Sequence record: NC_104190.1
Source of the DNA: Escherichia phage IME178
Direction: 5' to 3' (one strand)
Length of the DNA stretch: 64,000 nt
Below are positions 36,015 to 45,912 of this stretch, one piece after another. The notes below the pieces were generated by a model, which was given only the letters and a program-made list of their open reading frames with translations, was not told the origin of the DNA and searched no databases. The stretch's first letter is position 1, and each line of letters starts with the position of its first letter. Position numbers and translations under genes: made by a program.

Positions 36015-36547
36015 TAATAAGTAACCAATTCCTGTACAAATCGCAGGCTGTTATCACTGTTTGCGCCAGTTGCGTAAACTAAACGAGTAGATTCATAATT
36101 GTAATCTAGAATCGTATTATCCAGATGTACATCTGCCTCTAGTTTTTGATTACTAAAGATTGTGGATACGAAAGCACTTTCAATATGTCCATGAATATAC
36201 ATTTCATACAGTAATGTTGCGCCACCTAAAACCACTGTCTGTTGATCTTTTAAGAATGTAGGCAATGTATCCCCAATCTTAGAAATTGGGGTGTAAATAT
36301 CATGCGTAATATCGTCTGGCAGTGGACGATCAGCACGAATAAATAGGTCAGAAGCTCCAATCATACGTTCCCTAACGGCGTATGGAAGAGCTAAATAAGT
36401 ACCAGCACCAATGATGATGTTATCCGGATTCAACATGTCCAGTTGAGAATAGAAAGCATCTAGTTCTTCTTTGAAGGAACCCCATGGAAGTTTACCGTGG
36501 AGGCCGAACTCCCCATTCGGCCCAACTGCATACATTGCTGTAATCAT
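36014..36547 (-). CDS. frd: dihydrofolate reductase
   Basis: DHFR N-terminal motif [11 protein letters not shown]...LPW; size and position between thyA and nrdB. Confidence 0.8.
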   Translation of the reverse strand: MITAMYAVGPNGEFGLHGKLPWGSFKEELDAFYSQLDMLNPDNIIIGAGTYLALPYAVRERMIGASDLFIRADRPLPDDITHDIYTPISKIGDTLPTFLKDQQTVVLGGATLLYEMYIHGHIESAFVSTIFSNQKLEADVHLDNTILDYNYESTRLVYATGANSDNSLRFVQELVTY

Positions 36548-37689
36548 AAGAAATCTCCAAATTCATTACCCAGATCTTTCAGAGTATCAGTAGAGGTTTC
36601 GGTGACTTGACCTACACGATATGCTGCACCAATCTGGATTTCTTGTGGAGCAGGCTGTAAAGAAGTGGTATCCAACCAGTTCATGATCCACGGAATAGGG
36701 TTTTTGGTGATTACTGGTAAATGACTAGGCCATTCTACACCAATGTGCATAAATGCATTACGCCCCACAAAGTACAGATATTCTTCTAGAAGTTCTGCAT
36801 TCAAGCCAATCAGACTACGACCTTTGAAAATGAAATGACCCCATTCAATTTCAGTTTTCAAAGTTTTCAGGAGCTGTGCTGGTGCTTTAGCCACTGCTTC
36901 ATCTACCAGATCTTTGTCAAATTGCTGAAACATAATCTGGATGATTGCTTTGGACATCTGAGTGTGCAGAGCTTCATCTTTAGCGATTAATTGCAGATTT
37001 TTAGCAATACCTTGCAGAATATCGTTCTCTGCTAATGCAAAGGTACATGCAAAGGATGCGTAAAACTGCATTGCTTCCAGACCATAGATCGCAAAGTAAG
37101 CGTCTAATAGTTTAGCCTGAGTTTCACGTTTAACTTCAGGGAACTCAGTTTCTGGGTATGTATTGTCGCCACGATGATCGCGTACTGCGATGAAATACTG
37201 ACCTAACTGGTACAGTTCATCGAATAGTTCAACAGAATCAGCGATACGTGCGAATGCTTCTTGGTTTTTGGTTACAGAATCAATAAATTCTGCTGGATCA
37301 GTCAGCACATTACGAATAATATTGCTATAAGCACGACTATGTAGGTCTTCAAAATAGCTCCACTGTTTGAGCATACCTTCCAATTCTGGACGACTTACAA
37401 GCGGCATAATAGCCGCTTCAGGGGCACGACTGATAAAGGAATCAGTTTGAGTTTGCCATGCTAAGTTCAGGAGTGTAATTTCCTGAATTTCTCGTGGGAG
37501 ATTAGGCCATTGTTTCTTATCTGCTTCCAGACTGATTTCAGTTTCAGTCCAAAATTGAGAGCGTTGCAGAAGTGCCAGACGTTCTAGTTCTGGGTGTGCT
37601 ACACGTACGTAATCTGCGATACCGAGAGAATCTCCCAGGAAAAGGTCAGCGTTAGTATGATCCCAATTCAGGTTTAGTAAAGTAGTCAT
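36544..37689 (-). CDS. nrdB: ribonucleotide reductase class Ia small subunit
   Basis: Ferritin-like di-iron radical subunit pattern; adjacent to nrdA. Confidence 0.85.
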   Translation of the reverse strand: MTTLLNLNWDHTNADLFLGDSLGIADYVRVAHPELERLALLQRSQFWTETEISLEADKKQWPNLPREIQEITLLNLAWQTQTDSFISRAPEAAIMPLVSRPELEGMLKQWSYFEDLHSRAYSNIIRNVLTDPAEFIDSVTKNQEAFARIADSVELFDELYQLGQYFIAVRDHRGDNTYPETEFPEVKRETQAKLLDAYFAIYGLEAMQFYASFACTFALAENDILQGIAKNLQLIAKDEALHTQMSKAIIQIMFQQFDKDLVDEAVAKAPAQLLKTLKTEIEWGHFIFKGRSLIGLNAELLEEYLYFVGRNAFMHIGVEWPSHLPVITKNPIPWIMNWLDTTSLQPAPQEIQIGAAYRVGQVTETSTDTLKDLGNEFGDFL

Positions 37690-37764
37690 TGATTTTCCTC
37701 TTTCTCACTATTTCAGGAATATTATAGCAAATCTGGTAGCGATTAGCAAGTAAAATTTCAAAGA

Positions 37765-37795
37765 AAAAGGAGACCCGAAGATCTCCTTGTTTTTA
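37765..37795 (-). terminator. intergenic hairpin terminator (T-runs on both sides)
   Basis: Hairpin AAGGAGA/TCTCCTT between nrdA and nrdB. Confidence 0.45.
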
Positions 37796-40126
37796 TTAAA
37801 TAGTACAACCGCCTGATGCACAACCGGCTGCTTCCTCTCCTGCACCTCCACCATTTGCGGTATTGAAGTTAGCATAATAGAAAGTTTTCCACCCGTATTT
37901 AACAGCAGTCATGAAATCACGAACTACTACTGGGCCAGGAATAACTTCATTCTCAAACTTGGTGTAGTCGTAGTACATATTCGTACTGATAGACTGACTG
38001 AAGAATTTCTGCATAGTTGCTACCCATTTGATCAACTCGATACGATCTACATCATAAGCCAGTTTATAGCTCATTAACGTTTCCCAATCGGTTGCACCCG
38101 GGGCAATTGCAATTACTTTATTTACTGCACTACCCTTGATAGATACAATCTTACGAGGCGGTTCAATAGAGTTAGTAACACCTAACAGAACAGAAGAACT
38201 TTCTCCCGGCATCTGAGCAGTCAGAACAGAGTTACGCATACCGTATTTCAGAATATCTGCACGCAGAGACTCCCAATCCATTTCTAGACCTACGGATACC
38301 AGTTCATCAACAGTTTTCTTATACGTGTCGATTACTAGAATTCCTTTAGATGGTTTAGTACGATCAAACCACTCACATGCGCCCTGTTCTTTAGCCAGGC
38401 GTACAGAGGCTTTATGCAGGAAGTAAGACAGTTTTTCAGCCTCACGGTGAATCCAGTTACGGGCTTCAATACCTTCGTAAGCCAGACCTTCTGCTGCCAT
38501 TGCACCCGCTGCGTTCATCAGGCCAATACCAACATTACGACGTTTCTTAGCCGTATATTCCATAGTTGGGAACGGATAATCCTGAATTTCAATAATTGTG
38601 TCAACAAATTTCAGAAGGATGTAGCAAGTTTTTTCCCACTCAGCCAGAGATTCCATGCGTCCAAGTACAACACCACCTAAGTTACATAGAGATACTTCAC
38701 CAATATCCTCCGGCTTCATTTGATCAAGCTGCTCTTTTGTCTTATACAGCTCTGTAATGTGGTGGAATGGACGTGTAGGCTGAGTAATTTCAACACAAAG
38801 GTTTGTCATACGGATCGGATCAAGGAAGTTACCGTGACGGTTAGATTCCCCAATGTGGTGAGCATACATACGTCCTGTTTCCATCCTGATACGTAGCCAA
38901 GTATCTAGGATTTCTTTTGCAGAGACCCTAGGAGCTGCTGGAACTGTTTTTCCTTCGTGGTCGATCTTTGTAAGAGATGCCACACGTTTCTCCGCTGCCA
39001 CGTAGATTTCTTCAAATTTAGCCTCGTCATCACTATAAAACGCTTCATGAACTTCTGGAGCATAGAAGTATGACATTAGCGTAATATCTTCGTTTTTAAG
39101 ATAACGTTTTAACAAAAGATTGTTAAAGCTCAGAGAATAATCCATCTTATCGATTTTATTCTCATCTGTAGCACGTTGTTGCTTAACCTGCATTAATTGA
39201 ATGATTTCAGGGTCGAAGTATGGATAAGACACTGTAGCAGAACCACCACGAGTTTGCTGGGTATTGGCCTTTACTGAGCGATCAATGTGTCGATAATATG
39301 GCAGTTTTCCGGAATGCGGGAATGCCCCATTTCGCACCGGATCAGCAATTGATCGGCTTTCAAGATGATACCCGATTCCCGCTCTGGCTGCAACCATTTT
39401 GAAGACGATGTGCTCGGCGGTGTCGATTGAATCCAACGTGTCAGTGGAATCCACGAGGCAGCAACTAGCAAATCCACGATCACTAGAGCGCAGACCAACC
39501 AGTGGCGGCGTAGGAACGTTGATTTTGTGGAGTGACATTGCGTTGTAGAGGTCGATTGCATCTAGAATTGTCCAGTTAGGTTGAGATAGCATCGCCATTG
39601 CCATACCCATGTAGGCGAATTGCGGGGTTTCATAAATTTCACCAGTAGCTATATTACGACGGGAATACTTATCAAAGAACTGCTTCAGCCCACCACTAGT
39701 AAAAAGACGGTCACGATCATGGTCGATAACCTGATTCAGAGCTTCAAATTGCTCATCTGTAATCCATGCACTCATATCTTCCCATGCACCTACGCTAACC
39801 ATGTGATCATGGAAGAAGCGTAAAGAAGGTGGTTCGAAAGAATCATAAAGGCGTTTACGCATTTGCGCAAGACGTAATTCCTTTGCTGGCACATCGTATG
39901 CTGGATTATCTTTGATAAGACTTTCAGCAGCTTTAATTAATGCATCCATCAGAGTGTCGGAATCTACAACCCCTTTAGGTAGGGTTTTTTGAGCAGCCAT
40001 AGTAATGGCTGACCAGCTTACATCAACTGTTTTGCAACCATACTCTGCCCAACCATTGAGTTTTTCAGGAGCAAAGTCTTCTACAGTACCGTCACGTTTA
40101 ATTACTTTTTCAATGCGATGGCTCAT
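37796..40126 (-). CDS. nrdA: ribonucleotide reductase class Ia large subunit
   Basis: ATP-cone start MSHRIEKVIKRDG and NrdA-like core; start moved to ATG 40126 with AAGGAAA RBS. Confidence 0.85.
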   Translation of the reverse strand: MSHRIEKVIKRDGTVEDFAPEKLNGWAEYGCKTVDVSWSAITMAAQKTLPKGVVDSDTLMDALIKAAESLIKDNPAYDVPAKELRLAQMRKRLYDSFEPPSLRFFHDHMVSVGAWEDMSAWITDEQFEALNQVIDHDRDRLFTSGGLKQFFDKYSRRNIATGEIYETPQFAYMGMAMAMLSQPNWTILDAIDLYNAMSLHKINVPTPPLVGLRSSDRGFASCCLVDSTDTLDSIDTAEHIVFKMVAARAGIGYHLESRSIADPVRNGAFPHSGKLPYYRHIDRSVKANTQQTRGGSATVSYPYFDPEIIQLMQVKQQRATDENKIDKMDYSLSFNNLLLKRYLKNEDITLMSYFYAPEVHEAFYSDDEAKFEEIYVAAEKRVASLTKIDHEGKTVPAAPRVSAKEILDTWLRIRMETGRMYAHHIGESNRHGNFLDPIRMTNLCVEITQPTRPFHHITELYKTKEQLDQMKPEDIGEVSLCNLGGVVLGRMESLAEWEKTCYILLKFVDTIIEIQDYPFPTMEYTAKKRRNVGIGLMNAAGAMAAEGLAYEGIEARNWIHREAEKLSYFLHKASVRLAKEQGACEWFDRTKPSKGILVIDTYKKTVDELVSVGLEMDWESLRADILKYGMRNSVLTAQMPGESSSVLLGVTNSIEPPRKIVSIKGSAVNKVIAIAPGATDWETLMSYKLAYDVDRIELIKWVATMQKFFSQSISTNMYYDYTKFENEVIPGPVVVRDFMTAVKYGWKTFYYANFNTANGGGAGEEAAGCASGGCTI

Positions 40127-40268
40127 TTGGCTTTCCTTTTTATAGTTATCAGGATTTAAGGAATATTCTACTTTATTATCGGTCATTAGGCAAATAAAAT
40201 TTTCTGATAGAAAAGGCCCGAGTATTTTCATACCCAGGCCCTGTATATTACCAGTCTAGCTTTTTAGC

Positions 40269-40490
40269 TTATTCAATTACTTTAGCTCTAGCTACTTCTT
40301 TTAATAGAATATCTATGGAGGTGCTCAGCTCGTTATAATTGAATGGTTTATTTGGATTTGAGGTTACAATTTTCCACGCTAGGGTTGTCTTAGGACTTTC
40401 TTCCCCTTCCTTACGTGTAATCATATTAGCAGCACTCAGTGAAGTACGATGTATTTTAGTTTTACGGCTCAGATGAACGACGTTTCCCAT
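40269..40490 (-). CDS. hypothetical protein
   Basis: Start moved to ATG 40490, directly after the phoH stop. Confidence 0.4.
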   Translation of the reverse strand: MGNVVHLSRKTKIHRTSLSAANMITRKEGEESPKTTLAWKIVTSNPNKPFNYNELSTSIDILLKEVARAKVIE

Positions 40491-40491
40491 A

Positions 40492-41244
40492 TTACACCTT
40501 CCCCATGTCTTTAAAGATGTCATAGAATGCTTTAGACTCAACAGAACGAACGTTATCAATCAATTCGATCATTGAGAATGGGGCATTTTCGTATTTCTCA
40601 TAGACTTCCATAAGGAGTGCTAGACCTGAGTCACCTTTAATGTCTTTCTGAGCTATATCTCCGCAGATAATTAAACGGCAGTCTTGCCCTACACGAGTTA
40701 GAAGACAAATCATTGCCTCAACGGAAATATTCTGAGCTTCATCGACAATTACATAGGAGTTGTTGAAAGTTCTGCCACGAGCATGTTCGACAGCCAAAAA
40801 TTTAATTTTCTGACGTTCGACGTATCCCTTATAGGCATGATCGCCGATGGCCCATTTCATACCATCAGCTATTGGCTCCAACCAAGGCTCTAGCTTTTCT
40901 GCTAGATCACCAGGAAGCATACCAAGAGACTTACCTAGAGGTTCATTAGGACGTACGAGGATCACTTGCTCAATATCTGAGTGAATGTCTACGAGTTCCT
41001 GAGCTGCAAGAACGGACGGGATAAAGGTTTTACCAGTACCTGGCTCACCAATACCCACAGTCACTGTGTTGTTCTTGATCATATTGATATATGATTTTTG
41101 CTCGCGGTTTTTACCTACTAGGGATTTAGCAACTGGGTTAGCGTAATCATTAGAAAAATCAGCCTGAATTACGTTATTCTCATACTTGTTGCCACGCTTT
41201 CTTGAACCATTGCGGTTCTCTCTTTTTTGACGTGCTTTTCCCAT
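40492..41244 (-). CDS. phoH: PhoH-like ATPase
   Basis: Walker A GEPGTGKT and PhoH-like core; start moved to ATG 41244 with AGGAG RBS. Confidence 0.8.
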   Translation of the reverse strand: MGKARQKRENRNGSRKRGNKYENNVIQADFSNDYANPVAKSLVGKNREQKSYINMIKNNTVTVGIGEPGTGKTFIPSVLAAQELVDIHSDIEQVILVRPNEPLGKSLGMLPGDLAEKLEPWLEPIADGMKWAIGDHAYKGYVERQKIKFLAVEHARGRTFNNSYVIVDEAQNISVEAMICLLTRVGQDCRLIICGDIAQKDIKGDSGLALLMEVYEKYENAPFSMIELIDNVRSVESKAFYDIFKDMGKV

Positions 41245-41299
41245 AAATAACACTCCTATAGTGTACTTCGCTAACAGAGGATCAACAAAAAGATCTTGT

Positions 41300-41350
41300 T
41301 TATCAACTTACAAATATATTATACCAATATATACAGTAAAAAGCAACTAC
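41300..41350 (-). promoter_or_regulatory. T5-type sigma70 promoter for the phoH/nrd operon
   Basis: Minus-strand TTGCTT (41341-41346), 17 bp, TATAAT (41318-41323), conserved leader. Confidence 0.5.
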
Positions 41351-41538
41351 AATTTTAAATAAGCCTATGATATTGCATTTAAATAAAAAATTTGCTTGCT
41401 TTTAACGTGAGATGTGTGATACTAGATAATCATTTTATATCGCGTGCACGAGTGCGTGATTATACAATTTTTAATAGAAATTGGCAAATAAAATTTTTTG
41501 ACTCAGATCATGTTACAGAACTTTATAGTAAAATATTG

Positions 41539-41567
41539 TTGACATCCGCCCTCGAATGAGTTATAAT
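41539..41567 (+). promoter_or_regulatory. consensus sigma70 promoter upstream of nrdD
   Basis: TTGACA (41539-41544), 17-bp spacer, TATAAT (41562-41567). Confidence 0.6.
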
Positions 41568-41596
41568 AGTAGTCTTAGTTAGAGAAGGAGAGTATA

Positions 41597-43471
41597 ATGA
41601 ATCGCAATGAAGAACTAAAGTATAAAGAAATGCAGGCGTTAATTAGAAACTGCAAAGAGATTATCGAAGGGTCAGCAGATGAAGAGCTGCTGTTTAATAA
41701 TGCCAATAAACCCTCAGAACGTTTCCCTACACAAAGGGATATGCTTGCAGGTGAATTGAGTAAATATCTGATTCTAGAAGAAATGCCAATTCAGATTCGA
41801 AATGCTCATATGATTGGGGATATTCATTTCCATGATGCTGATTATGCTGCATTAGGCATGACTAACTGTTGTCTGGTAGCTCTGGAAGATATGTTGAAGA
41901 ATGGTATGAAGGTTGGTAATGCTGAAATTAGCACTCCAAACTCTATCACTACTGCGGCGGCTATTACTGCTCAGATTATCACTCAAGTTAGCTCCCATCA
42001 GTATGGTGGTACTTCTGTAGACCGCCTTGATGAAGTATTAGCCCCTTATGTTCGTAAATCCTATGACAAAAATCATGCGTTTGCAAAACGTTGGACTAAG
42101 GATGAAGCCAAAGCATCCGTAATGGCTACGGAAATGACTGAGAAAGAAGTCTATGACGCTTGTCAGGGTTTAGAATATGAAATCAATACCATGTTCAACT
42201 CTAATGGTCAGAGTCCATTTATTACCTTTGGTTTTGGTCTAGGAACTTCTTGGGAGGCACGTCTAGTACAGAAAGCAATACTAAAAGTACGTATGGATGG
42301 TTTAGGTATCAATAAACGTACAGCTATCTTCCCGAAACTAGTATTTGTGCTTCGTGATGGCGTTAACATGAAACCAGGAGATGTTAATTATGACATCAAG
42401 AAGTTAGCTATGAAATGTACGTCTGAACGTATGTATCCAGATTATATCAGCTATGATAAGGTTGTGGAAGTTACTGGAGACTATAAAGTTTCTATGGGCT
42501 GCCGTTCATTCCTAGCTGCTACAGAAGATGGTGAAACTGCTGGTCGTAATAACTTAGGTGTTGTTTCTGTAAACTTGCCTAGAATTGCTATCGAAGCTGA
42601 AGGAAATATTGACCTATTCTTTGATTTGCTTGAGCTACGTGTGGATACAGCGTTAAAAGCATTGGAGTGGAGAGTTGATCGCTTAAAATACATCCAAGCT
42701 AAAGCTGCACCCATCCTCTATATGTCAGGAGCCTTTGGGTTACGCTTGGGGCCTGATGAGTATGTATTCGATCATTTCTATAACCGTGCTTCTGTATCTC
42801 TAGGGTATATTGGTTGCCATGAAATGCTACAGTTCATGTTTGGCAAAGATGTAGACACAATGTCCGAGACCTGCATCAAGTTTGTTCAGCGTGTATTGCA
42901 GTACATGCGGGATAGAGTCGATCAGAAGAAGGAAGAAACTAAGTTAGGTTATAGCCTGTATGCTACACCATCAGAATCCCTATGTGATCGTTTTTGTCGT
43001 CTAGACCGTGAATATTTCCCGGAGCATGAAGATATTCTATCCAAAGGATACTATACTAATTCTCATCACCTTGATGTGGAACGTAAAGTTGCTCCCAATG
43101 TGAAATTTGATTATGAGTCTAACTTTACGCCGATCGCTTCTGGTGGATGTATTTCCTATGTAGAGCTACCAGATATGAAACGATTCCCAGATGCACTGGA
43201 ATGGGTTATTAATTATGCTGCTAGTAAAGTTCATTACTTCGGTATTAATACTCCAGTGGATTCTTGTGGTAAATGTGGATTCTTAGGTGAAACAATAGCA
43301 TCCGAAGATGGATTTAAGTGCCCTATCTGTGGTAATCATGACCCCGAAACTCTTGAAGTAACTCGTCGAGTTTGTGGGTATCTTGGAAATCCTGGTGCTC
43401 GTCCATTTAACCCAGGCAAACAGCATGAGGTTATGGGCAGGGTGAAACATCAGGATATTCGAGCTAAATAA
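41597..43471 (+). CDS. nrdD: anaerobic ribonucleoside-triphosphate reductase (class III)
   Basis: C-terminal glycyl-radical motif RVCGYLG; Cys-rich zinc site CGKCG...CPICG. Confidence 0.85.
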   Translation: MNRNEELKYKEMQALIRNCKEIIEGSADEELLFNNANKPSERFPTQRDMLAGELSKYLILEEMPIQIRNAHMIGDIHFHDADYAALGMTNCCLVALEDMLKNGMKVGNAEISTPNSITTAAAITAQIITQVSSHQYGGTSVDRLDEVLAPYVRKSYDKNHAFAKRWTKDEAKASVMATEMTEKEVYDACQGLEYEINTMFNSNGQSPFITFGFGLGTSWEARLVQKAILKVRMDGLGINKRTAIFPKLVFVLRDGVNMKPGDVNYDIKKLAMKCTSERMYPDYISYDKVVEVTGDYKVSMGCRSFLAATEDGETAGRNNLGVVSVNLPRIAIEAEGNIDLFFDLLELRVDTALKALEWRVDRLKYIQAKAAPILYMSGAFGLRLGPDEYVFDHFYNRASVSLGYIGCHEMLQFMFGKDVDTMSETCIKFVQRVLQYMRDRVDQKKEETKLGYSLYATPSESLCDRFCRLDREYFPEHEDILSKGYYTNSHHLDVERKVAPNVKFDYESNFTPIASGGCISYVELPDMKRFPDALEWVINYAASKVHYFGINTPVDSCGKCGFLGETIASEDGFKCPICGNHDPETLEVTRRVCGYLGNPGARPFNPGKQHEVMGRVKHQDIRAK

Positions 43472-43477
43472 GCTAAT

Positions 43478-43512
43478 CAGCCGGGTTGCTAGTCGACCTG
43501 GCTTTTATTTTA
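43478..43512 (+). terminator. rho-independent terminator
   Basis: Imperfect hairpin AGCCGGG/CCTGGCT followed by a T-run. Confidence 0.45.
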
Positions 43513-43570
43513 TTTGCTTTCAGCCAAAAATTTATATATAATAGATTTATAAATTTGATAGGAGAAAGCT

Positions 43571-43783
43571 ATGAGAGTTCACAAGGTAGATAAAGAACGT
43601 ATCTATTTTATTATGGATTCTGGGGCATATGGTTCCATTCTCCGTGAGGATATAACTAAATTATGTTTAGTAAATACTTGGATGGACGAAGGGAAGATTG
43701 ATCCTAGGGTGGGATTGTGCTTATCTGAGCCCTCCCTTTCTATTGCTAGTGCAGAAATTGAAATGTTTGAGGAACAAGAATGA
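43571..43783 (+). CDS. hypothetical protein (70 aa)
   Basis: ORF with GGAGA RBS. Confidence 0.45.
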   Translation: MRVHKVDKERIYFIMDSGAYGSILREDITKLCLVNTWMDEGKIDPRVGLCLSEPSLSIASAEIEMFEEQE

Positions 43784-43983
43784 AAAACGTAAAACATCTT
43801 AAATATCGCTTAATTTACAATGGGCGTATGGAGACAGAAGATCTGGCCCAGTTAGCTATTAACTCTAATGAGGTTACAGTGCGTGCGCTGGCAATTGAAA
43901 AGTTGCGTGCCTCTTATGAAAATCGTGTTATGGAACTAGAGGAGAAACTTTATGGACTTCTTGAATCAGAATCTACCAGATAA
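43780..43983 (+). CDS. hypothetical protein (67 aa)
   Basis: Start overlaps upstream stop. Confidence 0.45.
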   Translation: MKNVKHLKYRLIYNGRMETEDLAQLAINSNEVTVRALAIEKLRASYENRVMELEEKLYGLLESESTR

Positions 43984-44173
43984 GGGTTTAAACTCCGCTT
44001 TGGAAAACGCATTAATACAGTACTGGGAAACTGGTTATAAGGATGGTGTTGAATCCTGCGCTACTATGCTAGAAGTTATTGCTAATACCTTAATGGAGAA
44101 AGGCAATAAAGAATTAGCTGAGCTATTAGACAGTATTGGGCAAAACTTCAGAGAACAGGTGAAAAATGCGTAG
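43952..44173 (+). CDS. hypothetical protein (73 aa)
   Basis: ORF in plus-strand array. Confidence 0.4.
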   Translation: MDFLNQNLPDKGLNSALENALIQYWETGYKDGVESCATMLEVIANTLMEKGNKELAELLDSIGQNFREQVKNA

Positions 44174-44981
44174 ATTAATTATTATTAGCGGTGCAGGTTT
44201 GAGTGTTGAAAGTGGTGTACGAGCTTTTCGTACTGATACTGCTAGTGGTAAAGCATTGTGGGATGATTATGATCTAGAGGAAGTATGTAATATTCATGCC
44301 TTTCGTGGTAATTTTTATCATAAAACCCATATGTTTTACAACAACCGTCGTGAAGAGCTAAAAACTGTTGAACCCAATCTTGCGCATTTGCGTATTGGTG
44401 AATGGTATAAACAATATCCAGGTCAAGTAGTAAACTTGACCACTAACGTTGATGACCTTATTGAGCGTGCTGGCGTTCCACATAGTGACATTCTACACAT
44501 TCACGGATATTTGAAAGAGGTTGTTGTAGCTGATAGCTACAATAGTAGCAATAAACGGATTATTGATGTAGGATACAGTTCTATTGATCCAGATGATTAT
44601 AAATGGGTTAAGCCTAATGTAATCTTCTTTGGAGAGCATGCCCCTGCATACGCAGAAATGTATAATGTTTTTGATGGTATTACCAGTCAAGATATGATCA
44701 TTGTGGTTGGTTGCTCTAACCAAGTAATTAACTTCTACTGGGAATTATTTCCTGTTCTTAATAGGACTGCTGCGAAATTTATGGTAGTTAACTACTATGA
44801 TAGTGCCCTAGCAGCAGAGCCAGGCTATCAAGGTATGACTCGTAGTGAGATGTACCAGTTGGAAGAACGCGGTGTCCCTTACTGGAGTAAAGGTGCGGTA
44901 GATGCTTTCAGTGACCCTGATTTTATTGCTCGTGTAGAAGCTCATTTAGAGGGTAGACCTTATGTGTCAGGAAATAAGTAA
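44166..44981 (+). CDS. Sir2-family NAD-dependent protein
   Basis: Sirtuin motifs GAGLSVESGVRAFR, TTNVDDL and HIHG; no Zn-ribbon CxxC pairs seen. Confidence 0.65.
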   Translation: MRRLIIISGAGLSVESGVRAFRTDTASGKALWDDYDLEEVCNIHAFRGNFYHKTHMFYNNRREELKTVEPNLAHLRIGEWYKQYPGQVVNLTTNVDDLIERAGVPHSDILHIHGYLKEVVVADSYNSSNKRIIDVGYSSIDPDDYKWVKPNVIFFGEHAPAYAEMYNVFDGITSQDMIIVVGCSNQVINFYWELFPVLNRTAAKFMVVNYYDSALAAEPGYQGMTRSEMYQLEERGVPYWSKGAVDAFSDPDFIARVEAHLEGRPYVSGNK

Positions 44982-45474
44982 TACTCCAATTATTTTTCTA
45001 GATATTGATGGGGTGCTCAATTCGAGCATCTCCCACCATCATGCACCTGATAATGAAAAGATTTTCTTTGGGAGTGACTGGGTTTTCAAACCGCTTCTCA
45101 AGGCTTTTCAAGATTTTATTCGTCCTTCCTCGATAATGATTGTTGGGGTATCCTCATGGTTCTCTGTCAGGAATGAGATGGAGAACGTTCAGATTATGAC
45201 CGGATTAGGTCTTATCGATCGTTTTCTTGGTACAACGGATTTTACTGGGGGTGGGCTATCTAGAGGTAATTCTGTTCTCCGTTTCGTTGAAAAGCATAAG
45301 CTCAAACATTGGTGTGTACTTGATGATGCGGGTGCTATGATGTATCAGTACCCAACGGTTATAGTCAACGGTAGGACTGGGATAAATCTTCAGGATTTAA
45401 GAGCTGTTAGCTATATGCTAGAATTTAGCCCAGATCTTGAAATGTGTAAATCCTTACAACAATTTAAGGTGTAA
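44962..45474 (+). CDS. HAD-like phosphatase/hydrolase
   Basis: HAD motif I FLDIDGVL near the N-terminus, later VLDD acidic motif. Confidence 0.5.
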   Translation: MCQEISNTPIIFLDIDGVLNSSISHHHAPDNEKIFFGSDWVFKPLLKAFQDFIRPSSIMIVGVSSWFSVRNEMENVQIMTGLGLIDRFLGTTDFTGGGLSRGNSVLRFVEKHKLKHWCVLDDAGAMMYQYPTVIVNGRTGINLQDLRAVSYMLEFSPDLEMCKSLQQFKV

Positions 45475-45486
45475 ATATGTTCAATA

Positions 45487-45903
45487 ATGTATTCTCTAAA
45501 GAAGCTAACCCAGTTTTGGTTAACTTTTGGCGTACTCTCCCAGCTAGTGTATAATGAGGCTATTAACTCTTTGAAAATATGGTGTGAGAATAACGAAATC
45601 TCCTTTGCTTTTAAAGATGATATTGATGAGGCCCCCTGTATTGGTTTAATTGTGCAGGTAGAGGATGGCCTTGAAGAGATTGTGGGCTGGAAAGAGTTAG
45701 ACGAAATGGGCTTAGTTTTTGCGTTAAACTATAAGCTGTTTATGCCTGCTAAGCATCGCCTCGTTGTTAACTATAAAAATAGTGAATCTCCTGGTTTTCA
45801 GGTTAATGAACGTTATGGTTGGTCTTACTTACCGGAAGAAGTAAATGAGGGGATTCAGAAACTTCGACGTTTCGGGTATATGATCCCAGGTTTAACTGCT
45901 TAA
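45487..45903 (+). CDS. hypothetical protein, paralog A
   Basis: Shares PCIG, W-x-EL-x-MGL and C-terminal G-Y-x-PGL motifs with the next ORF. Confidence 0.5.
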   Translation: MYSLKKLTQFWLTFGVLSQLVYNEAINSLKIWCENNEISFAFKDDIDEAPCIGLIVQVEDGLEEIVGWKELDEMGLVFALNYKLFMPAKHRLVVNYKNSESPGFQVNERYGWSYLPEEVNEGIQKLRRFGYMIPGLTA

Positions 45904-45912
45904 GGAGGCAGA

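Noticed and set aside
38414-39823. Several short ORFs (38414-38680 plus, 39271-39561 minus, 39620-39823 plus)
   Set aside because: All embedded within the nrdA coding region in alternative frames.
5545-41350. Possible CRISPR-like array suggested by the recurring 45-60 bp motif
   Set aside because: Repeats are separated by whole genes at irregular distances, occur in both orientations and contain -35/-10 promoter elements; they are promoters, not CRISPR repeats.
42481-42714. 77-aa minus-strand ORF
   Set aside because: Internal to nrdD on the opposite strand.
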